Source of the DNA: Candidatus Hydrogenedentota bacterium
GTDB taxonomy: Bacteria; Hydrogenedentota; Hydrogenedentia; Hydrogenedentales; JAEUWI01
Length of the DNA: 64,000 nucleotides
Assembly: GCA_016791475.1 (NCBI GenBank)
Contig: JAEUWI010000017.1
Location: forward strand, 33,957-97,956
Reading direction: 5' to 3'
The notes below the pieces were generated by a model, which saw only the letters and a list, made by a program, of their open reading frames with translations, ran no database searches and was not told the DNA's origin. Position 1 is the stretch's first letter; every line of letters starts with the position of its first letter. Shown here piece after piece: positions 27,064 to 37,175 of this stretch. A program made the position numbers and the translations under genes.

Positions 27064-28275
27064 TCAGTACTCCGCTTCGATGGGAATCTTGAGCCTTGAA
27101 AGCTCGCTCTTTTTCCACGCGTAATCTGTGACGCCGTTACCACCCGCCATTCGATTGGGGCGCCGGACCGAAGCCACCTTCACGGCGCGGAGGCTGCGGG
27201 CCCACATCTCTGTCGACGATAAGTTACCGAGCATGGACGCCCGATCGAGGTCCCCCGGGTAGCTCGAAGGTGAGAAGCCGGCGGTAAATGCCGGGGCGTA
27301 GGTCCGCCGAAACTCATCGCACAGCCCCGTCACTTCCGCGCCTATAGCCGCCTTATCCCAGATGTCGACATGGCGACTATCTTTCAGATAAGCGAGGAAA
27401 GTCCGCAGCCCGGCGGTGGGCTGTCCCGCATCGACGGGCAACTCACCCAGGGCCATGGTCAGGGACTTCTCCATCATCCTGATACTTCTGAAAACGTCCG
27501 TGTTCAACTGGCCCGCGTCGCCATAGGAAAGCAACGCTCCGTCCAGGTAGATAAAGGGAATCAGGCCGTTGGAAACCACCACCTCGGAGGTCGCCGAGAA
27601 GCGCCGCGCCAGCCGGTCGCCCCGTGAGGGGCCGCCGCCGAAGGGGTGATAGTGCCCCATCGCCACGATGGCTTCTCCCCGCAGCCACAAGGCCACTTCG
27701 TCGCCCAGATAGGGTATTTCCTTGTAGTCCATATAGGTCCCGAGCGATTGGGCGAGCGCATCGGGCAGCAATGCGTTCCAAGTGCGCAGTGCCACGTGCC
27801 GGTAGCCGCCGTCGGGCGCGCGGACGATGGCGAAAATCATTCCTCCGCTTGAATCGCGCATATCGCCGCAGATCTCCTCTCGATAGCGGGCCACCTGCAC
27901 CTCCGAAGTGAGGAAAGCCGAGAGTTCATTCCCGCCCTCGCCCGGCGCGAAGAAGCACGCCGCATAGCGTTGGGCCAGGAAAGCGTAGACCGAGAGCGGA
28001 TGGCTCGGCGCCAGGGCCATGGGAAGAGACGCAACGACGGCCAGGACCACCGCCACAAAGCGGTGCGCGCGCAGGGTGCGGGAAATGCGCCGGGCGAACA
28101 GGGTTGCGCGAATTCCATTGCGTTCAAATCCTCCGATCCAGCTTCCAACTGTGAAGGGGTGTTTCCACAGGGCGTTCAGGAGACGCTGACGCTCGCTCCA
28201 GCGGCCTTCGGCGGCATGGACCCAACCCTTGGAAATGCCACAGGGCGAGCTTGATATTCCCGTACTGCAAAACAT
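27064..28275 (-). CDS. Hypothetical protein with a JAB/MPN-like HxH...S..D motif (GHYHPFGGGPSRGD)
   Basis: ORF with a plausible GGGGA RBS. The true start may be internal (near 28080), ahead of a hydrophobic segment. The motif resemblance is weak. Confidence 0.5.
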   Translation of the reverse strand: MFCSTGISSSPCGISKGWVHAAEGRWSERQRLLNALWKHPFTVGSWIGGFERNGIRATLFARRISRTLRAHRFVAVVLAVVASLPMALAPSHPLSVYAFLAQRYAACFFAPGEGGNELSAFLTSEVQVARYREEICGDMRDSSGGMIFAIVRAPDGGYRHVALRTWNALLPDALAQSLGTYMDYKEIPYLGDEVALWLRGEAIVAMGHYHPFGGGPSRGDRLARRFSATSEVVVSNGLIPFIYLDGALLSYGDAGQLNTDVFRSIRMMEKSLTMALGELPVDAGQPTAGLRTFLAYLKDSRHVDIWDKAAIGAEVTGLCDEFRRTYAPAFTAGFSPSSYPGDLDRASMLGNLSSTEMWARSLRAVKVASVRRPNRMAGGNGVTDYAWKKSELSRLKIPIEAEY

Positions 28276-28388
28276 GTTGGAATCCCCAAAACTACCAGGT
28301 TTCCAGATACTTCAACGACACTTACAATTCGCGCTCCCCTTCGGGGGCGGATGGCCGTCCTCGCCCCGGCGGAAGACGCCGGGCCGCT

Positions 28389-29213
28389 TCAGCCCTTCAC
28401 CAGATTCCGCAAGTGAGCGATGCTCCGCGCGGCCTGCTCCACCGTCCCGCACTCGACGGAGAGCACGATGTCGCGGGGGGCCTTCCGACACGAGTCGATG
28501 ACCTCGGCCCAGTCGATTACGCCATCGCCGCAGGCACAGCCCACCGGCGTACCGGTAACGCGCCCGCGCTCGGTGTGGGACTGCTCCATGGAGATGTCCT
28601 TCGCATGGAGATGGACCAGGCGGTCCAGGACGCGGTTCAGCCAGTCTATGGGATCTTCACCCGACAGGTAGCTGTTGCCCGTGTCGAAGTTGATCCCGAT
28701 GGATGGCGATTCGACGAGCCCCCAGATCCGGTCCAGCCCTTCGGGGGTCTTGCTGTATTGCTGGTGGGGTTCAATGCCGATGAGAATTCCACGGGACTCG
28801 GCCAGTGGGGCCGCCTCCCGCAGCACGTAGCGCATGAGGACGTGATCCTCCTCCGCCGTGGTCCAGACAGGTTTCGGTCCTTCGTCGGTGTTGACGACCG
28901 GAGCGCCGCACTCCGCGGCGAAGCGGACTGCCTGCTTGAGATACTCGGTGCTGATTTCCGGTTTACAGAGGGGCGTGTGCGTGGACAGACCGGAGAGGCG
29001 CACCCCCGCGCGCTCGCAGGCGCGCTTGATCCGGTAGGGATCGTCCAGCATCGAGACGCTGTGAAAGTAGCCCGCTTCACTAAGCAACTCTCGCCCCCAG
29101 TGAACCATGGGCTCCACGAACTCATAGCCGAGGCTTGCGGCTTTTTCCACCGCCCACTCGAAGGGCTTGTCCGCGTGGCGGACAAATTCCAGGTTAATTC
29201 CGATTCCGATCAT
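28389..29213 (-). CDS. Sugar phosphate isomerase/epimerase (xylose-isomerase-like TIM barrel)
   Basis: Family-typical motifs: the EP of FVEPMVHWG, HLHAKD and a metal-binding GIEPH. Confidence 0.85.
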   Translation of the reverse strand: MIGIGINLEFVRHADKPFEWAVEKAASLGYEFVEPMVHWGRELLSEAGYFHSVSMLDDPYRIKRACERAGVRLSGLSTHTPLCKPEISTEYLKQAVRFAAECGAPVVNTDEGPKPVWTTAEEDHVLMRYVLREAAPLAESRGILIGIEPHQQYSKTPEGLDRIWGLVESPSIGINFDTGNSYLSGEDPIDWLNRVLDRLVHLHAKDISMEQSHTERGRVTGTPVGCACGDGVIDWAEVIDSCRKAPRDIVLSVECGTVEQAARSIAHLRNLVKG

Positions 29214-29565
29214 GACTGCAAAGCCTCCATAGTCGACAGACCGTCAAGCAGCGGGGTCAGATATGTTCAATACACTTTTGTTCAATTGTTGCCATCAGCC
29301 GGACAGTGACCTGCCTGCCGAACACTGATCGTTGCTTCCTTCCGGGCCATTCCCGCGTCCTGGGGCCTGTATACTTTGGCGGTTGGTGAAAGCGGGAGCG
29401 GCTTTTCTCTGGAATCTGTCTTTATTGATGCATTTACCATGCCAGTACAGGAAGGCCGCGCGGCGCCGAGTTTCCGGGTATCGTTTTTGCTTCTCCATCG
29501 CGTTGAAGGGGTGTATACTCACCCCGTTCACTCAAGCGCATTGGATCAAGTTCGGGGAACCTGCG

Positions 29566-30699
29566 ATGTTACGTGCTTCCATGGTTGTGCTGGCCCTTGC
29601 GGCTGGATTTTCGATTCAAAGCAGTGCCCAGTGGCTGCCCGTCGACGGCGCCAACGCCTGGGAGGAACCCACCGAGTTGGCGGGGCCGCGTGTCATCATC
29701 GAATACACGCTGAATGGCGCGGACCTCTCACCGAAGACGCCCGCCTACGTTTTCATTCACTACCGGATCGCGCCCGAGGCCCCCTGGCGATTGCTTTCGC
29801 CGGAAAATCTTCAGGGAAACGGCGTGGGCATCGTGGAAGAAGCGGGCGCGAAAAAGGTGATCTGGTGGGGCACGGCGGAGCGCGATTTCCCCGCCCTGGC
29901 CGGCGCGGAGTTTCGCGTGCGCGCCATCGCCATGGCGCGGGTGCCCGGTGGCGAATTCGCCATGAAGAGCCTCGCGGGACAGGGCCGCGATCAATCCGGC
30001 AAGAACCCGCAGAGGTCGTCCCTTCCGCTCTATCACATCGGGCGCTACGAAACCACGACAGGCATGTACGTGGACTATCTCAATGAGGCCGGCATCGGTG
30101 GAACGGGCTTCAACACGAAGATGGAAAATCTGGAGCGATGCGGCATTGTGAAAGGCGCGGATGGCGTCTTCACCGCCGCGCCGGGCCGGGAAAACTATCC
30201 CGTGTCGTATGTATCGTGGTACGACGCCGCCGGATTTCTGCGGTGGTGCGGCCTGCGCCTCCCGGATGAAGCGGAGTGGGAAAAAGCCTATCGGGGAGGG
30301 AACTTTCTGGATGGCGACGAACAGAAGCAGGAACCGAATCCGAATGTGAATCGCCGGTATCCCTGGGGCGACGAGCTTCCGAACGACGGCGGCATACAGC
30401 GTTGCAACTACGACGGCGAAGGGGACGGCTTCGCCAGTACGGCGCCCGTGGGCAGTTTTGCGGCGTACACCAGCCCGTACGGCGTCCACGACATGGCGGG
30501 CAACGTGAACGAGTGGACACTGAACTGGTACACCACGCCGTACCATACGGGCCTTGACGGTTATCGTGTGGTGCGCGGCGGCTCGTGGCTCGACTTGCCG
30601 GAAGGCTGCGACGGTGTGTCGGGCGCGACCACCCTGCCGTTGAAGGAAGGCGGCACGATGGGCTTTCGCGGCGTGTATGCGCCGTCTCCGGCACCCTGA
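29566..30699 (+). CDS. Secreted FGE-sulfatase (SUMF1)-domain protein
   Basis: Start MLRASMVVLALAAGFSIQSSAQ (signal peptide). The C-terminal domain carries YVSWYDAAGF, GNVNEWT and RVVRGGSW motifs. Confidence 0.8.
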   Translation: MLRASMVVLALAAGFSIQSSAQWLPVDGANAWEEPTELAGPRVIIEYTLNGADLSPKTPAYVFIHYRIAPEAPWRLLSPENLQGNGVGIVEEAGAKKVIWWGTAERDFPALAGAEFRVRAIAMARVPGGEFAMKSLAGQGRDQSGKNPQRSSLPLYHIGRYETTTGMYVDYLNEAGIGGTGFNTKMENLERCGIVKGADGVFTAAPGRENYPVSYVSWYDAAGFLRWCGLRLPDEAEWEKAYRGGNFLDGDEQKQEPNPNVNRRYPWGDELPNDGGIQRCNYDGEGDGFASTAPVGSFAAYTSPYGVHDMAGNVNEWTLNWYTTPYHTGLDGYRVVRGGSWLDLPEGCDGVSGATTLPLKEGGTMGFRGVYAPSPAP

Positions 30700-30756
30700 C
30701 CTTAACGACGCGACGCTGAACCCGCGCCGCGTCGATCACCTTGAAAGGGCGACACA

Positions 30757-32106
30757 ATGAGCACGTTGAAACGAAGAAGCTTCATCAAAGGGTCACTGGG
30801 CGCGGCGGCGACGCTGGCCGCTCTGAGCGCGGCGCGATCAACCGCGGCCCAGGACAAGGTGGTGGTGGGGGTGATGGGCCTCGGCGGGCGTGGACGTTCC
30901 CTGCTGACCAGCCTCGTCATGAGCTCCAATGTTCACATCAAGTACATCTGCGACGCCGACACGCGCTGTGCGGGACCTGCCACCGAAATTGTGATGGAGG
31001 GGCACGAGTACCGGCCGACCTTCGTGCAGGACTTTCGGAAAATGCTGGAAGATCCCGAGGTGGATGCGATTGTGGTGGCCACTTCGGATCGGTGGCACGC
31101 CCTGGCGACGATTATGGCCTGCCAGGCGGGCAAGGACGTCTACGTCGAGAAGCCCCAGTCGATGAGCATCTGGGACGGCCAGCAGATGATCGCGGCGGCT
31201 CGGAAGTATGAGCGCATCGTGCAGGTGGGCATGCAGACCCGAAGCGGCCCCTACCTCCAGTCGGCGCTGGAATACATTCAGAGCGGGAAACTCGGCGATG
31301 TGATGCTGGCGCGGGTCTATCTCATGCAGGCGGGCGGACCCAACGCCTTGCCTCCGGAAGAGCCGGTCCCCGAGGGTATTGACTATGATCTCTGGTGCGG
31401 CCCCTCCCCCATGATGCCCTACCGGCCGGGTCGCTGGTTCCAGAATTACTGGGATTTCTACAACGGCGAACTGACGGGCGACCTGATTCATCAGGTGGAT
31501 CTGGCGCGTCTGTTAATCGGCAAGAAGGCACCGAACAGCGTCTTCAGCGCGGGCGGGGTATACCGCTACAACGACGGTCGGGAACAGCCCGACACCCAAT
31601 TCTCCACACTGGAGTTTGACAAGGTCACGATGATGATCGAGGGCGGCTTCTGGTGCCCCTACAACCACCGCATCGTGCTGCTGCCGGACAAGAGCAAATT
31701 TCCGGACTGGGAATTCTGTGCGACGAAGATCGAGATCCTCGGCACCCAGGGGCTCATGTATTTCGGACGCCATGGCGGCGGCTGGGAAGTGTATGAGGGC
31801 GACGAGAAGACACGCTCCACCCACCCCGTGGCCTCGGAGCTTTCGGAGTACAAGTGGGACGAGATGACGCCGCTCCACTTCGAGAATTTCTTCCAGTGCA
31901 TTCGTGATCGCAAGGCGCCGAATGCGGACGTGGCCGATGGGCATCTCTCCATGAACTTGTGCCACCTGGCCAATCTTTCGAACCGGCTGAACAACCAGAA
32001 GTTGCGTTGGGATGGTGAGAAGGAAGTCTTCATCGACAACGATGACGCGAACCGGCTTCTGCGGGCGAATTACCGGACGCCGTGGGTCATTCCTGAAACC
32101 GTATAG
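30757..32106 (+). CDS. Tat-exported Gfo/Idh/MocA family oxidoreductase
   Basis: KRRSFIKG Tat motif; GLGGRGRS NAD-binding loop; EKP motif. Confidence 0.9.
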   Translation: MSTLKRRSFIKGSLGAAATLAALSAARSTAAQDKVVVGVMGLGGRGRSLLTSLVMSSNVHIKYICDADTRCAGPATEIVMEGHEYRPTFVQDFRKMLEDPEVDAIVVATSDRWHALATIMACQAGKDVYVEKPQSMSIWDGQQMIAAARKYERIVQVGMQTRSGPYLQSALEYIQSGKLGDVMLARVYLMQAGGPNALPPEEPVPEGIDYDLWCGPSPMMPYRPGRWFQNYWDFYNGELTGDLIHQVDLARLLIGKKAPNSVFSAGGVYRYNDGREQPDTQFSTLEFDKVTMMIEGGFWCPYNHRIVLLPDKSKFPDWEFCATKIEILGTQGLMYFGRHGGGWEVYEGDEKTRSTHPVASELSEYKWDEMTPLHFENFFQCIRDRKAPNADVADGHLSMNLCHLANLSNRLNNQKLRWDGEKEVFIDNDDANRLLRANYRTPWVIPETV

Positions 32107-32111
32107 AACTC

Positions 32112-32154
32112 CAGGGCGCCTGGATCCCTTCCGCGGAAGGATTTCAGGCGCCCG
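32112..32154. terminator. Bidirectional hairpin between convergent genes, containing the perfect 20-bp palindrome ATCCCTTCCGCGGAAGGGAT
   Basis: GC-rich extended stem (CAGGGCGCCTGG...CAGGCGCCC) between the 32106 stop (+) and the 32196 stop (-). Confidence 0.5.
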
Positions 32155-32195
32155 TTCCATATTCTGACGTGGCAGCGGCGTGGCCGACGACGGTT

Positions 32196-33536
32196 TCAGA
32201 CCTGTTCCGGCACCACCCAGGGATCGCGATAGGTACGCTTCACGTATTGATTGCCCGCTTCCTCGTTGAAGTACTCTGTTTCCGGGTTGATCGTCAACGT
32301 CTGGCCAGAACGAAAGGCGGCGTTTCCGTAGAGGCAGAGCAGGGTCGACTTGTGCAGCTTCTCGATGTCCGCCGTGGGCTGCTGTCGTGAGCGGATGCAT
32401 TCGATATAGTTGGCGATGTGGGCGGTGTTGGACGGGCTGAATTTTCCGTGGTGGATTTTCACGGATTGCCCGTCGGCGTCGAAACACTGCCATCCCCCGC
32501 CGTGCCGGCTGAAGTACATGACCTGTTTTGTGCCGTAGAACTCGATACGCGTTCCGCTGAAGGGCCAGTTGGGCAGAATATCCAGATCGCGCACTTCCAG
32601 CGGCGTCTTCTTCATGTAGGGCGCCCAGTTCGCCTGCTCGAAAACCATCGTCAGCCCGTCGTAGTTCCAGATTACGCTGTGAGTGTCGGGTGTCTCCTGG
32701 GCGTCGTCAAAATGATAGAGGCCGCCCGCGGACGACACTGACTTCGGGTAATCCCGGTCGATCAACCATCGCGCGACGTCGATCTGGTGCACGCCGTCGT
32801 TGATGATGTCGCCACCCGAATAGTCCCAGAACCAGTGCCACGCATAGTGGAAGCGATTCTTATTAAAGGGCCGCTCCGGCGCGGGCCCGAGCCACATGTC
32901 GTAATCAACACCGGCGGGCACCTCGCTATCCTCCGGTCGCCCTATGTTGCTTCGCTCCTTGCTGTTCAGCACACGCACAAAGTGCAGATCGCCGAAGTCC
33001 GCCGATCTCAGGTAGTCGAAGGCGGCGTACACATAGTCGTTACTTCGATTCTGAGCACCCACCTGAACCACGCGGTTGTATTTGCGCGCGGTCTCGACCA
33101 TCTTCTGGCTCTCCCAGATGCTGTGGGCCGTGGGCTTCTCCACGTACATGTCCTTGCCCGCCTGACACGCCAGAATCGTGGCCAGGGCGTGCCAGTGATC
33201 CGGCAGCGCGCCCACGACCCCGTTCACTTCCGGGTCGTCCAGCATGTGGCGAAAATCCTGGGAGGTCTTCACTTCCCTGCCCGTGATGCCTTGCAATTTC
33301 TTCGCCGCATCCGCGAGCCGGTTCGCGTCGCAATCGGTCAGCCAGCGAATCTCCACGTCGTCACGGCGCGCAAACTCGTCCATGAGAAACTGGCCGCGAC
33401 CGCCGCAACCCATGAAGCCGATAATCACGCGATCATTCGCACCCGCGACATTGATCGACGGCCCCGCGCCCGCCAGGGCCGTGGCCACGCCCACATTTCT
33501 CAGAAATCCGCGCCGACTCAGGTTCACCTGTGCCAT
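32196..33536 (-). CDS. Tat-exported Gfo/Idh/MocA family oxidoreductase
   Basis: Start MAQVNLSRRGFLRNV with GAGGAGGA RBS. The track ORF extends to 33608. Confidence 0.9.
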   Translation of the reverse strand: MAQVNLSRRGFLRNVGVATALAGAGPSINVAGANDRVIIGFMGCGGRGQFLMDEFARRDDVEIRWLTDCDANRLADAAKKLQGITGREVKTSQDFRHMLDDPEVNGVVGALPDHWHALATILACQAGKDMYVEKPTAHSIWESQKMVETARKYNRVVQVGAQNRSNDYVYAAFDYLRSADFGDLHFVRVLNSKERSNIGRPEDSEVPAGVDYDMWLGPAPERPFNKNRFHYAWHWFWDYSGGDIINDGVHQIDVARWLIDRDYPKSVSSAGGLYHFDDAQETPDTHSVIWNYDGLTMVFEQANWAPYMKKTPLEVRDLDILPNWPFSGTRIEFYGTKQVMYFSRHGGGWQCFDADGQSVKIHHGKFSPSNTAHIANYIECIRSRQQPTADIEKLHKSTLLCLYGNAAFRSGQTLTINPETEYFNEEAGNQYVKRTYRDPWVVPEQV

Positions 33537-33621
33537 GTTGTGGTCCTCCTCATTCCGGCCCGCGACTCCCGGTGTCTGGCAGGCGCCAGTCACCGGGAGC
33601 TCAGACATTCAGGGCAGACGA

Positions 33622-36600
33622 TTATTCCGTGGTGACGGGTATTAACTCGAAGGGGCTGAACAGCCCATAGGCCACGTTGCTGTACTCCGTTCCGGCGGGC
33701 GGCCCCGCTTCAGGGGCCTTACGGAAGTGCTCCGGCCCGGCAAGTCCCGGCGCGGCATTGCCGTGGAAGGGACCCATGGTGTTGCGGGGCGTACCGATGA
33801 CGAGCACCTCCACGGTGTTGGCGCCCGATTTGATTAGTCCTTTCAGATCGCAGGTCCAAGGCTGACGCCAGATGTAACCCGCGGAAGTCCCATTGACACG
33901 CACCTCGGCCACGCTGCCACACCAATCCGAGAGTGCGACACGATAGATACCGGCTGCATCCGCGATCTCATAGGTCTGGGCGTAGCACACGGTGTCACCG
34001 TACATGGGCATACCCTGATCGCGCCAGGGGCCGGGCTGGAGCGCTTTGGCGGTGGTTATGCTGAATCCCTTCTCAACGGCCTCCAGTGCGAAGTCTCCGA
34101 GCACATAGATCGCCGCGATTTCGTGCAGCATGGTGAAGGGCGTGGCCGCCAACTCCAGCGTGTTCTCCCCTTCGCGCGCCAATTGCCCGACGTCAATCAC
34201 GCCAAAGGACTTGTCAAACCACCAGACTCCGGGAAGGGCGCCGACCGCCTTTCCATTGAAGGTCATCGTGTAAAGATCCGGACTCTCCACCACAACACGC
34301 AGGCCCGCGGGCGGGGTCCCGGCGATGTTGAAGCGATAGGTCGCCGTGAAGCCGCTCCCTTCGGGAAAGGACTTGCTGATGAGGTCGTCTTTGAATTGGA
34401 CGGCGTGATCCCAGGGATTGTGATCGAGGCCGTGCTGCTGAAAGGCGAACTCGGCCGCGCGGCTATAGTGGATGCCTTGCAGGGATTTGCCCTGGGCCGA
34501 CACATCGACAAAGTCAACGGTGAGTACGTTGGGCTCGGTGGCCTTGACAGCCATTGGCGCCGTGGCTGCCACCGGACCGCCTGCGATTCTGGTCACCACC
34601 GGCGCGGCGTCCTCGCCGTTGGTTTGCCATTCGAGCAGCAGACTTCCCGCAGGGGGTAGTTCAAAAGTGACCGGTTCGCCGGCGGCGGCGTAGGGCGCAA
34701 TCTCGCCACTTTCCAGATTCCATTGCCGCACGGCAAGTCCGCCACTCGACAGGGTGCCCCGAGTCGGATTCTCCAAACTGCTGTTGACCAGGAAGAGCAG
34801 TTGCCCGCCGTCGAACTGGCGCCGATGATGATAGAGTATCCCTTGATCCCCTGCGGCGCGTTGAACGATTGCACTGTCCCCCAGGAGCGTGTCTGCGATG
34901 GTATCGGTAGAGGCTACGGTCCATCCGGCGGCCATCTTCGCGACCGCTTCGGACTTCACACCACCGATATAGCTGGGCGAGTCGCCCGCACAGGAGTAGA
35001 CGATGCCGCCGTTCTTAACAAACTTCTCCAGCAGCGCGGCGGTTTCCTTGTTGAGATTTTCCAGCAGGGGCGGAATGACGATGGTATGGTATGCCCGCTC
35101 GCCCACGACGAAGCGGTTGCCCTTTACCGCACCGTGATCGGCGATAATGTCTTCGCAGCCCAGATCAAACTCCACCTGGGCCTGGGCCAGCTTCACCACG
35201 AGCGCCTGAAAGGCGTCGCCCAGGGCCGCGCGGGTATCCGCCGGTTCTCCCTGGTACATCCACGCCGTTGTGGTGGGCTCCAGCACGAGGATTTCATTGA
35301 CCTGTTCGCCGTGGGTAAGTGCAGCGGAGAGGCGCGCGAAGTAGGTTGCGGGGACGTGGTAGGCCTCCCACCAGGGGCTGTGATAGGAGAAGGACGGCGG
35401 GTAATCGGCCTTGCGCGCGCCGCGCATGGAGATGCGCGACAGGTGCTCGTCCATGGTGTTGACACCCAGCACATAGAGCCAGTCGCCGATGCGCTTCATG
35501 TCTTCAAAGCGCGTTTCCCATCCTGCGCCTCCGTAGGCCTCGCAGAGGGTGCGCTCCTTGCCGAGCTGATTGGCCACGCTGGAGAGCTCCAGCACCGACC
35601 GCGTGTTGCCAAACTGGGCGTGGACGCCTTCGTCATACTGGTTGAACAGGGTGTCGATGGCCGGGCGCTGGTGCCAGGCATACATCGCCATGTTGTCCGG
35701 CGCCGTGGTGGCGTCCGGCCAGCCGTGTTCCCAGTAGTGCCCGGTAAATTCGATGCCTTTGGATTCGCAGTAGTCGTAGTAGGGCCTGGCCCAGCGCTCG
35801 ACAAAAAGGTCCAGCAGGGTCTGGTAATAGTTGTGACGAACCCGACGCCAATCCCCCACCGGCTTCGAAAGGCTCGCCAGATTCTCCGTGAGGCTGTAGC
35901 CCCAGCGCTTCGAAAACTGCTCCGGCAGATCGGGGGTCCAGTGAAGCTGTCCGCCGGGACGCAGGTGGGGTTCGTCAGTGAATACGCCCGGCATGCGCTT
36001 GCCAAACTGGTCACCGATTTCACGCTCGTAAGCGCCCATGGTAATTTCGAGAAACTTCTGGGTTACACCGGGGTGCAGCAGGTCTACATAGCTCCATCCG
36101 CCGAACCAGGGCGACTCTTTGGCCAATTCGATGCGCACGGCGAGGTAGGAACCTGGCCCCGATAGGGCGCCGGACTTGACCGAAGCCGTAACCTCCGTGC
36201 TCTGCTCGCCGTCAATTCGAAAGACGGCCAGCATGTCCTCCGTCCACGCCGGTGGCGCATCGAGGGGCTCGAATTTCAGTCCGATGCCACGGGACTCCGG
36301 CATCGCCTGGGGCACGTAGCCCCCGGCAAACCCGGACGGGTAGGAGTTTTCGTCGTAGATCCAGATGTTCATGTCCAGACGCTCAGCGGTCTCCAGCGCC
36401 TTTTTCCAGAGCCGGAACCAATCGTCGGACAGGTAGGGCGTCATGAGACCGGGGCGGGGATGGATGAAGGGCTGTCGGACATTCTGGGATGCGAGATCCT
36501 CCAGCGTGGAGACGATCTGCTCCTCGGTCAGCATGTCGTTCCAGACCCAGAGCGGACCGGTGGTGTACTCGCGGGTGGGATTGGCAAAGAGGGTGCGAAG

Positions 36601-36684
36601 TTCAGACAAGTCCTCGGACATGGCGTTCCCCAGTACCCCCAGGGTGGTCAGTGATAGCGTAACCAGCATAGAGCGCGCACGCAT
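33622..36684 (-). CDS. Large (~1020 aa) secreted glycoside-hydrolase-like protein
   Basis: Start MRARSMLVTLSLTTLGVLGNA (signal peptide) with AAAGGGAA RBS. The WIYDENSYPSGFAGG segment and the overall architecture resemble large secreted GH families. The track's TTG start at 36717 is less likely. Confidence 0.7.
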   Translation of the reverse strand: MRARSMLVTLSLTTLGVLGNAMSEDLSELRTLFANPTREYTTGPLWVWNDMLTEEQIVSTLEDLASQNVRQPFIHPRPGLMTPYLSDDWFRLWKKALETAERLDMNIWIYDENSYPSGFAGGYVPQAMPESRGIGLKFEPLDAPPAWTEDMLAVFRIDGEQSTEVTASVKSGALSGPGSYLAVRIELAKESPWFGGWSYVDLLHPGVTQKFLEITMGAYEREIGDQFGKRMPGVFTDEPHLRPGGQLHWTPDLPEQFSKRWGYSLTENLASLSKPVGDWRRVRHNYYQTLLDLFVERWARPYYDYCESKGIEFTGHYWEHGWPDATTAPDNMAMYAWHQRPAIDTLFNQYDEGVHAQFGNTRSVLELSSVANQLGKERTLCEAYGGAGWETRFEDMKRIGDWLYVLGVNTMDEHLSRISMRGARKADYPPSFSYHSPWWEAYHVPATYFARLSAALTHGEQVNEILVLEPTTTAWMYQGEPADTRAALGDAFQALVVKLAQAQVEFDLGCEDIIADHGAVKGNRFVVGERAYHTIVIPPLLENLNKETAALLEKFVKNGGIVYSCAGDSPSYIGGVKSEAVAKMAAGWTVASTDTIADTLLGDSAIVQRAAGDQGILYHHRRQFDGGQLLFLVNSSLENPTRGTLSSGGLAVRQWNLESGEIAPYAAAGEPVTFELPPAGSLLLEWQTNGEDAAPVVTRIAGGPVAATAPMAVKATEPNVLTVDFVDVSAQGKSLQGIHYSRAAEFAFQQHGLDHNPWDHAVQFKDDLISKSFPEGSGFTATYRFNIAGTPPAGLRVVVESPDLYTMTFNGKAVGALPGVWWFDKSFGVIDVGQLAREGENTLELAATPFTMLHEIAAIYVLGDFALEAVEKGFSITTAKALQPGPWRDQGMPMYGDTVCYAQTYEIADAAGIYRVALSDWCGSVAEVRVNGTSAGYIWRQPWTCDLKGLIKSGANTVEVLVIGTPRNTMGPFHGNAAPGLAGPEHFRKAPEAGPPAGTEYSNVAYGLFSPFELIPVTTE

Positions 36685-36974
36685 GGCGGCATTCCCTTTC
36701 GAAAGGTTAGCTGCCAACCTGCCATTGTGTGGATCTTAGCACGCCCGCGACCGCGATCCAACTATGTTTTCGCGTCCGGTTGCTCGGACCGCGGCCCAAT
36801 GTTTCACGACGACGGCCACAAAGAGCACGAAGAAGAATCGGGAGGAAAGAAATCACCCCCCGACTGCGATTCCTCCTGCGAGCCAGGCAATTCCAGTTCC
36901 ACGTCAATTCTTACTTGTCTTTGCGCCTTCGCTTGCGGGAAATTCAGTAACCACCGGTAGAACCGGTGGTATGA

Positions 36975-36992
36975 GGAAGGCCCCTGAAAGGG
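36975..36992. repeat. REP-like hairpin variant GGCCCCT-GAAA-GGGGCC in an intergenic region
   Basis: Seen in sequence. G-rich stem with a GAAA loop like the REP family, but no flanking T-run. Confidence 0.3.
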
Positions 36993-37175
36993 GCCGCGGT
37001 GGAAGTATATACTGTCAAAGGCGGTTAGCCTCGTGCATTATTGTCTCAAAGATTGACGGTGGAGCGGTGGAGCCTGCTGAATTCTCGCCGGCATTGCCGG
37101 TGGGTCAGCTTGGATTTAGAATGCATACAAGGATTTACCGAGCGCCCTCCGAAGGCCTGCAGCAGGGTAATCTCG

